From positions 26,784,001-26,848,000 of the forward strand of contig OX597820.1 of the NCBI GenBank assembly GCA_951406725.2: a stretch of DNA of 64,000 bases, read 5' to 3'. The notes beneath the pieces are model-generated. The model was not told the origin of the DNA, ran no database searches, and worked only from the letters and a program-made list of their open reading frames with translations. Shown here one piece after another: positions 54,966 to 64,000 of the stretch (its first letter is position 1; the number at the start of each line of letters is the position of its first letter). The position numbers were made by a program, and so were the translations under genes. This DNA comes from Octopus vulgaris. Taxonomy: Eukaryota.

Positions 54966-56658
54966 CCCACTGCCCTTCGTTTCTGATTTAGGCAAAAGGC
55001 CAGCGATCTTGTGTAAAGTACTCGACTGATACTTTAATTTATTGACTGCTAAAAATGAGAGGTTAGAGTTGGACATGGCAGGATTTGAACTCAGAATGTA
55101 GTTAGCTGGAAGAAATATTGCAAGGCATGTTAATGATTCCAGAACCTGTAGTAATTATTAGAGACAGTTATAATAATAATTTTCAAATACAGATATATAA
55201 GCATATATAAGAGGCAATATGTGATAGGTGTAAGCAAGAATTTATGAAGTTCAATTTTTTTACAATAACATAAGCAGGCTCCGGTAAAGATTTAAAGTCA
55301 GACTACATAATTAAATTAAACACAAATGAGCTAAGAAAAATAACCTACAGTGGCCAGTGGCATGTGTATGAACACTATACACAAATACAGGTCTGTCAAT
55401 TATCATCCAGCATAAACTGTTGATTTATTGAAATTATCTCCACCTCTAGATGATATATTATAATTACCAAATGGCAATTGAGACTAGCGCTATATGAGAA
55501 GGGGATATAATCTCAAGAATTAAGAATTTCTCCAAAACTGACATGCCATGAAGGAAAAAGACAGGCTTGTTGTCTGGAGATAAGAGTATGTTTCTGTCAG
55601 TTGATAATAACTTCAATAATAATTATTAAGTAAACAGTAAGATCTGAGGAAACTAGTACCCTCAATCTTTCGATATGGACATCACCACAAAAAAAAAAAA
55701 ATGGTTCTGCTTGAAATATCAAATGTTTCCTCTATTTACATTGCAAACTAAACTAATCCATTTGTCTTATAATAATTACAATAATTATTTTAATAATAAT
55801 GTTATAATAATTATAATAATAATGTTATAATAATTATAATAAATAAGTCTAATAATAATTATATTTTCTCATTATGGTTGTCATGGTGACATCAATTTGT
55901 CAAACCTACCCTAGTATATAATTGGTATTTATTTTGTTTATCGAATCTGCAATAAGGAATAAACAAAGCTGGCTCTAGCAGGATTGGAATTCAGAATGCA
56001 GAGGAGTGAAACCAAATGCTATATGGCATTTACCCATTCTGGGATTTTCCACTATTTCTACTCTGTCACAATCTTTTATTCTCATCCTCTTATTTCTCCT
56101 CCCACCTCTTCTCCCTTCTCTTTACATTATTATTTCAAAATCTGCTCCCACCACCAACTTCTGACACTGTGCTGGCATCCTTTGAATGGCATTGCTGTAG
56201 TAGAGCACATTGACACCGCTTTTGATCTATTGTCATCTCATCCATGAAGCATGACGTACTGACATCTAGCCCCATCTCTTCACTTCTTTCTTTCTCATCT
56301 CTTCCTTCTCAAAAACATGAATAAATTTCCACTGTCAACCAAAGCAAAGCAACATTCTTTTCTGTTTTTTGTTTAGCCTTTCATTCAAGAAATTAATGTC
56401 TTCCATTTGCATCACCATAGCCATAGAAGCTGAGCGGCCTTTTTTACTGCACACATTTGTTGATGTTGCCTTTAATGCCTTTTATGCCTTAAATCCAATA
56501 AGGTTCTGTTAAGGCCCTCACCACCTCTAGGTATAATAAAATAAATACCATCACGGTATAATGATTATAGGATCAAAAAACAATACCCTTTTCACCTCAT
56601 CATAAAAAAACAGGTCCCAAGTTCAATGCAGTGAATACACTTTCATCCTCATTATGTG

Positions 56659-56691
<33 letters not shown>

Positions 56692-56828
56692 TCATACACA
56701 CACACACATGCACACACATGTACACACATGCACACACATACATACACACACATTCTGTATCAAGCACCTGTGATTGTGAAAATGATTGAATAAAGTGTTC
56801 TTTTTTAAATAGTTGATTTAACAAATTT

Positions 56829-56878
56829 TGATTCTATAACTGACAGGTAGATGACTCTACCTGTCAATTATAGAATTA
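56829..56878. repeat. Near-perfect short palindrome
   Basis: attctataactgacaggtaga-tgac-tctacctgtcaattatagaat. Confidence 0.9.
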
Positions 56879-57430
56879 CAAAGTAGAGAGAAGAAGCGAT
56901 TAACTAGTCAGGTAAATTGCATCAAATAATAACACCAAGTGGATTAGCTACATTAATTAACATAATGAACAGTAATTAACTCTAGTGGATTAATTATATT
57001 AATTAACAGATCTATTATAGTATAGACATAACATTTTGTCATAGGTAATGTAGTTAGGTTTCTCTGTCTTTGTTCATCAAAGCTCTTCCTTATTATTGGT
57101 GTTGTTATTATTATTGTTATTTTTAGTCTATGTCTTTCATCCTTTTGGGGTTGATAAAATAAAGTACCAATCAGGTAGAGGGGTAATTTAATCTAATAGT
57201 CTCTTCCTCTAAAAAGGAGAAAAAACAAAAAAATCAACACCTGAGAACTTGAACCTATATTAGGAAGAGTTATCATTATATTTTGTCTTTTCGTGGAATT
57301 AGTGTTGTATCTAGTTTACTTCTACTTTCTGTCAGACCACAACTTGTGGTCCAAGATAAGGAGCATTTTCTACCTTCCGTATAAAAGATTTTTCCACTCT
57401 TTGTATCTGTTCTTAGGCTCTACATATCTG

Positions 57431-57501
<71 letters not shown>

Positions 57502-57506
<5 letters not shown>

Positions 57507-57688
57507 TAGTTTTATTTTTATAGCGTGCTTTCACTTCACTACCGAGCGCAGCTCTGTGTGCCTTGGGTATGTGCTGTGATTTGTTGTGATGCTCTGATGG
57601 TTACTGTATTGAAAGTGTTTTGCATAGTATGTGTGCAGCACCCAGTAGTGCAATTTTCTGTATGTTATGTAGTGCAATTTTCTGTATG

Positions 57689-57690
<2 letters not shown>
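57502..57690 (-). mobile_element. Dong/R4-like 3' fragment in (ATT)n
   Basis: Minus strand encodes IQKIALLGAAHILCKTLSIQ*; 24-bp duplication at the 5' junction. Confidence 0.8.
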
Positions 57691-57748
<58 letters not shown>

Positions 57749-57757
57749 ATCATCATC

Positions 57758-57868
57758 TAGGCAATAAGAAGAGTGCGATGTGATTTGCAATGGATTGTTT
57801 ATTTAACGGTTTGAAACATTAAATAAACAATTTATTACAAATTACAGCACAATCTTCTTATTGTTTAT
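57758..57868. repeat. Foldback with ~50-bp arms; family shared with 54688-54746 and 58388-58463
   Basis: caataagaaga..attgtttatttaa / ttaaataaacaat..tcttcttattg. Confidence 0.85.
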
Positions 57869-58242
57869 TTACCTTCACGATGAGTTACATCAATCTTTAT
57901 AAAATATTATTATTGTTGTTGTTTTTGCTGATGTTGTTGTTATTTTTGTCGTTGTTGTTATTATTTATTATTTCTATCATCATTGTTCAAAAGCTACGAC
58001 ATCCTATATCAGTTAGCAGGAATGTTTGTCTTGAGGCTTGGTGACAACGGGTCTCCTCAATTCTCTCAAGAATCCTTCTTAGGATTCATGCATAAAAAAG
58101 AATTGTACCTTTCTGCAGGTTGTCAATGTGATTCTCTTAGGTAGCAGTTTGTGTGTGTTGTGCCACATGCACCAATTATCAAAAGAACTATTGTCATTTT
58201 AATCTTCCTAAATCAGCCCCTTTTGCTATCATCATCATCATC

Positions 58243-58313
<71 letters not shown>

Positions 58314-58460
58314 TATTATTGTTGTTATTGTTATTATTGTTGTTATTATTATTAATCTATGAAGATTGACGTAGCTCTTGACAAAGGTCAATAAGTTATT
58401 AGGGCATAATATAATTTGTAATTGGATTGTTTACTGAATTCAATAAACAGATTCAATCTC

Positions 58461-58544
<84 letters not shown>

Positions 58545-58570
58545 CATCATCATCATCATTATCATTACTA

Positions 58571-58721
58571 TTCAGTAGTCTTATTTTTATCACTGCACCA
58601 CCGAATGCAGCTTTGTATGACTTGGGTACATGATGTGGTTTGTTTTGGTGTTTTTATTTTTACTGCATTGAAAGTGCTTTATATTGGATGTGTTTGGTGC
58701 CTAGCAGTGCTATTTTTTGCC

Positions 58722-58722
<1 letters not shown>
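58571..58722 (-). mobile_element. Dong/R4-like 3' fragment
   Basis: Homologous to the 57502 and 62538 copies; flanked by (att)n. Confidence 0.75.
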
Positions 58723-58769
<47 letters not shown>

Positions 58770-59899
58770 CATTGATGCTTTTGTTGTTGTTGTACACTGT
58801 GTTGTTGTTATCTATTTATTAGTTTCATCTTTATTCTTTGTGTTTGGTCTCACCTTTTTACTCCATGTAAATTCTCCCCACCTTTTACACACTGTTTCAT
58901 GTTTGTTATTTTCTTTAGTGTTTCATCTTTTGTATTTCAGCACTTTGTATTATCTCCCATTGTCTTGAACTCTTTAGTCTTAACCCTTTCGTATTGAAAT
59001 GAACTTTCATTGTTATTCCAGTAATGATTTTTACACTTCTCTCTAAAGATAGAATTACTATTTTCTGCTAGTCATGTTGCTTCGCAGAAAAAGGAAAAAA
59101 ATGACATATCTCAACAAAAAAATTAGTTTCAAATATGACATTCTTCTACAAAAAATAGACTGGTATATAAAATTGCTTTCCACCATTAAAGATAATGAAA
59201 TTTTGAGAGGCTATATCTGATTTCCAAAACAGAAGAGTCAATAAAATAATCATAGGATACTTGAAAAAAAATGCCTTACATTATTTGGTTACAAAATAGC
59301 TGATTTCAAGATTCATACAAGTCTAGTTATAGTTCTTTACATACTGAGTTCAAACCTCACTAAGGACAACTTTGCCTGTGGTCATTTAAGGCTGATGAAA
59401 TAGAATAACTTTCAAGAACTTGGAGGAGGGGGAGCAATATAATTGGTTAACCTCCTCTTTAAATTTCAGGTGGCTTTGTACCTGTATAAGAAATCATTCT
59501 TACTGAGGGTTGTGAACTGGCAGAATCAGTAGAGTGCTGGATAAAATGCCATGTGAAATTCCTTCCAGCATTTTATGATCTTGGCTTAAATCCTGTTCAG
59601 TTCAAATTTGCTTTTCATTTCTTTTATCTTTTGGAGTGGGGGGTGGGGGTGGGGGCAATAAAATGAAGTACCAGTGAAGTCCTGAGGTCAATGTACTCCT
59701 CATAAAACTACTGATCTTGTGCCAAAATTTGAAACACTTATTATTGTTATTATCATTATGGAGTGGTGAGCTGGCTGAATTGTTAAAATTCCAGGTAAAA
59801 TGCTTAGTGGTATTTTGTCTGTCTTCATGTTCTGAGTGGCTTTTAATGGGTAGAGAGCTGGACTATCCTGGAGTACAGGGGATTTGCAATCTAGACTAG

Positions 59900-60153
59900 G
59901 GTCTGAAAGTTTACCACACCATAGTGGGTTACACCATGGTTCCTCTGCTTTGTGGCACAAGTAGGAAGAAAGAGTGAGAGAAAGTTGTGGTGAAAGAGTA
60001 CAGCGGGATTCAACACCCCACCCCAGGCTGGAGCCTCATGCAGCTTAAGTGTTTTTGCTCAATAAACACTCACAATGCCCGGTCTGGGAATCAAAACCGC
60101 GTTCTTATGACTGTAAGTCCGGTGCCCTAACCACACCACCATTGCACCTCCAC
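59900..60153 (-). mobile_element. tRNA-derived SINE (same family as 4839-5152)
   Basis: gagtgagagaaagttgtgg..ctcaataaacac..gtctgggaatc..gccctaaccac..cctccac. Confidence 0.85.
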
Positions 60154-61345
60154 TGATGCTGTTGTTACTTGATTTACTTAATAGGATGAGTGTAAAATAA
60201 ACAAACCAGCCAACCAGTCAGCCAGCCAACTAGCTAGCTAGCCAATCCAAATTATAATTCAGTGTATTCTAAGAAATATCTTTTGATCTATAATTATATA
60301 ATTTTTGTTCCTTACTTGGTTAATTCACCTTGTACATTCTCTGACCAGCCCTCCCTCTACCCATACACTCTTCCAGTCTCTACCTACCCACACACCCTGT
60401 TCTGTCTATACTCACTTCTGTTAACCTTCTTACACCTTGAAAGTTCACCATAACTCTTCATCCCTACTATTTTATCTTTCTCTTTCCAGTTCCAACCCAG
60501 TTACATTTTATATAATGTGAGTAGCCATGTAGCTCCTCAACAGCAAGCAATTTCTTCTGTTCTGGTCCCTGATCTCTCATCCTCTAGAAAAATCACATCC
60601 CTCTCTATTGCAGTTCCATTCATTTGAAGGGGTCCTTAATCTTGTGAACTACATGGTAACCTCTTTAGTGCTGGCTGGTGGTCACAAAAAAAGTCATCCA
60701 GTATACTGTGTAAAGTGATTAGCATTTAGGATGGCAGCCTGATTGTAAAAACCATACCAAAGCAGACACTGGAACAGGATGAAATTTTCTGGCTTATTGG
60801 ACCCTGTCAAATTGGCCAACCCATGCCAACATGGAATATGGATGTTCAAAATGATGATGATGATGATGTCGATGACGATGATGATGGTGGTAGTTGTGGT
60901 GGTTTATTCCTGATGTTCATTCCATGTTGTACTCCACATTGGTCCATTGACGAGCACTTCCAGTAGCATACTCCTCTGTGAGAAGATGTTGCTGTGTCTT
61001 GCTCTTCTTACTTCCATTTCCGAAGAAAGGAATGTTATGAATACCTCCTTCTCCATCTGCTAATCCTTCTCAATCTGCCAATTCTTCTCCCAGTGTGGGG
61101 CCATGGCAGTAAAACTCTCACCCAAGGTGCCATGCAGTAGGACTGAACCTGAGACCATGTTGTTGGGAAGTGAGCTTCTTAACCACATAACCATACCTGT
61201 ACCAACAATATAGATAAGTATATTTGGTAGGAAGAAAAAGAGAAAATGATTGGACGTCTGGCTCTTAACCCTGACCTTTAAACTCAACTCTGATTTTATG
61301 TATATATTGCTTAAGTTCCATTATCTTCTTCATGCTCCTCCTCCT

Positions 61346-61574
61346 TCAGCTCTTTAGTATTTAAACCAGTTATATCTGGCTAAAATATTCTACCTGTTTT
61401 GTGTTCGTAACCAGCCAGATCTAGCCTCTCACACTTATCATACAATGTCATTCTAAGAGTAAACAATCATATAATCAAACTCTCAAATCTATGAGATAAT
61501 CCATGATTAATTCAAAACAATGTAAATAAATAAGCATTACATTTGACAGAGCAATCTGAATGCTAAAGGGTTAA
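61346..61574. mobile_element. TTAA-type MITE, second family
   Basis: ctttagtattta ... tgaatgctaaagggttaa. Confidence 0.6.
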
Positions 61575-61730
61575 CTCTTCCTTCTCCCATTTACTTTCCT
61601 ACTTTTTCTCATAGATTACAAAATTCCAGTACTAGTTCTTCTCTGTCTAGTTGGTTAGAAATTGTCAAGTGCCCGTTCATTTTGATACCTACAAATGTCA
61701 CTTCATCCTATAATCATTTGCAGTGCCACT

Positions 61731-62462
61731 ATTCTCTAGGACTTGCCCATCCAAACTGATGCAGAAATAAACGTTAACAAGCCTGACAACAGTTTCAAAG
61801 ACCAAGAATATTTGGATTTGCATGCTTGTCAATATAACAATACAATTTCAAAGAAACACCTCTGTGAAAGTTACAGAGATGTTAACCAATTCTGAAGATC
61901 TGGAGATCAAATCTCTAGGAGGTAATGTTTGAGGACCAAAATAACATTAGAAGTCACTGAAACTCTAATACAACCGTGAGTAACCTGTGGCCTGAGGGTT
62001 GCAAATGGCTTGTGCATCTTTCTGAATGGCATGCCTAATAAAAAAAATTACCTTGAATTTTTTCATGGTGTGGCCTATCTGATTAGATGTGTCTCACTCA
62101 ACCTAGTTCTTGAAAAAAAGTTATCCATTCCTTCTTCAGTACTTATGAAGAAAGAAATAGAAAATTGACTATATCTGAGCAACATTAAGAATTATGAGAT
62201 GCATGATGACCAAAATGATGCTACTGGTTACTGAAGATCTAGTACTCATGAAGAAGGGAATGGAAAAGTTTGACTACCATATCCCAAGCATCATGAAGAA
62301 CTATGCAGTCCAGCCCAGAAGATTGCCCCACTGGGAACAGCCCACATATTACAGAGGGTGCTGTCAATCAAGAGACATCTTTAACATCTTCCCTATGGTA
62401 CCTTGGGAATCATAGAGCAGACACGACTTTACATCATATAAAACCAAAGCACAAAAGGAACA
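61731..62462 (+). pseudogene. Decayed restriction-like endonuclease region(s) of Dong/R4-like elements
   Basis: IL*DLPIQTDAEINVNKPD..EDLEIK resembles WDxxIxTDxxIxANRPD..KYxDLxIE; later AQKIAPLGTAHILQRVLSI. Confidence 0.7.
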
Positions 62463-62486
62463 ACAACAATAATAATAATAATAATG

Positions 62487-62537
<51 letters not shown>

Positions 62538-62544
<7 letters not shown>

Positions 62545-62756
62545 CAGACAAATACATAACATAAACACTAGGATTTACAAGTATATATATAGCATACAGA
62601 AAATAGCACTACTAGGTACTGCACTCATCCTATGGTGAAACACTTTCAATACAGTAAAAATAAGAGCACCGCAACAAACCACAGCACATACCCAAACACA
62701 CAGATCTGCTCTTGGTAGTGCAATGAAAGCACATGATAAAAATAAGGCTACTGAAT
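62538..62756 (+). mobile_element. Dong/R4-like 3' fragment in (AAT)n
   Basis: IYSIQKIALLGTALILW plus 3' UTR ending ctactgaat(aat)n. Confidence 0.8.
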
Positions 62757-62773
62757 AATAATAATAATAATGA

Positions 62774-62835
<62 letters not shown>

Positions 62836-62839
62836 GAAT

Positions 62840-63055
62840 AATGATTTCAAATTTTTGCTACAAGGGCAGCTTGTGGGAAGGGATTAAGTCGATTACATCA
62901 TCCCCAGTGTGTAACTGGTACTTATTTAAGTGACCCTGAAAGGATGAAAGGCAACGACGACCTTAGCAGAATTTGAACTTCGAATGTAGTGGCAGATGAA
63001 ACACCTCTAAACATTTTTCCCAGCGTGCTAATGATTCTGCCAGCTCACCACCCCT
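62840..63055 (-). mobile_element. Family A SINE
   Basis: aagtcgattacatc..aactggtact..gaaaggatgaaaggcaa..ttctgccagctcacc. Confidence 0.85.
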
Positions 63056-63689
63056 TCAATGATAATGATAATAATAATAATAATTATTATGATGATGATG
63101 ATGTCGATAATAACAACAATTACACAACAACAACAGCAATAACAACAGCAACAACAATAATTATTGCTAAAGCAAAAGACCATAATTTTTTTAATTGAAT
63201 GTCTAATTGATTAAACTGACCCTATACTTGACTGATGCTTGATTTTGTTGACCCCAAGGATAATGAAAAAGAAGATCAATGCTGGAATTCAAAGGCACCA
63301 GAAATCTGAGTATTGAATTAATTTCAATCTCTTAATGATTTTATGATCATATTTCTGATGAGATAAACTGTTTCTATGTTTTAATTAATTTTGAAAAATA
63401 TTTACGATTTTGAGGGTTTTGATAAAATAGCTTTATTTGAAATAATCAGGAAATGTATCTCACATTGGTAGTAGGCTTGAAATCTTGGTAAAGTGGGTTT
63501 TGTTGATTAAACTGATCCTAGTTTTTGACTAAGTAATGTGTAAGTCAAGTGCTAGGATTGATTTAACTGACTACCAAAATAACAAAAAAGCCTTACTTCC
63601 ATATTGGAAACAATTATTAAGCTGGTGTTTTGGACAATATTCAGAATGAGGTTCTTCAGTAAATTTCTGTCAAGAAATCATGTCACAAA

Positions 63690-64000
63690 CAGCATCATGG
63701 GTTGCACACCATCTGATTGCTCTATCAACAACTTTAAAAATGTGCTTGAGGGCCTACGTGGTATATGAGGAAGCCTGCAACAAATGCAGTGCATTTTGCA
63801 TTTGGCATATCAGAAAACTGCATATTTACATCAAAAGAACACATACACACAAACACCTCAGTTTATAAATACTTGGAGAAGCACTAGACTCAGGAACTTA
63901 CAGTTTCTAACAGAGCCACTAAACAAAATATAGGCAGCCTTCAAACCAAGGAGGCCAGCCTTACTAACAAGCTGAAGCCAGCTGTAAACAACATGAAACT
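63690..64000 (+). pseudogene. Decayed Penelope-like GIY-YIG endonuclease running off the window end
   Basis: CLRAYVVYEEACNKCSAFCI..RKLHIYIK/EHIHTNTSVYKY..SLQTKEASLTNKLKPAVN resembles VVYxxxCxxCxxxYIG..RxLxxRxxEH..LxxxEAxxIxxxxPxxN; frameshifted. Confidence 0.72.

Noticed and set aside
55200-55540. Possible further GIY-YIG relic (EAICDRCKQEF)
   Set aside because: Only a CxxC motif; too decayed to call.
56040-56400. Possible CR1-like 3' fragment
   Set aside because: Similarity is too fragmentary by eye.

Overview
Very AT-rich, microsatellite-saturated eukaryotic DNA ((TA)n, (TACA)n, (CA)n, (AAT)n, (ATC)n, (GA)n, (CCT)n). From recall, not a database search, the SINE and MITE families resemble those of Octopus. 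Nearly all listed ORFs are microsatellite artefacts, and I found no intact host gene or convincing exon, so this looks like intergenic DNA or a large intron. Recognisable content: tRNA-derived SINEs, LINE 3' fragments (RTE, CR1/L2-like, Dong/R4-like in (AAT)n), Penelope-like (PLE) GIY-YIG remnants, an internally deleted Helitron with PIF1 sequence, and hAT and TTAA MITEs. Most notable: (1) three long + strand hairpins at 2.4-4.1 kb that share the apical sequence TTGTGTTCTCC-(AT/GAA)-ACAA but have diverged, still-paired arms, a candidate miRNA-like cluster; (2) type I hammerhead ribozyme motifs in small, often palindromic elements inserted in (TA)n; (3) a 134-bp TG...CA element present both as a monomer with a 5-bp TSD and as an inverted dimer; (4) a G.U bias in several foldbacks. 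All folds and alignments were done by eye.
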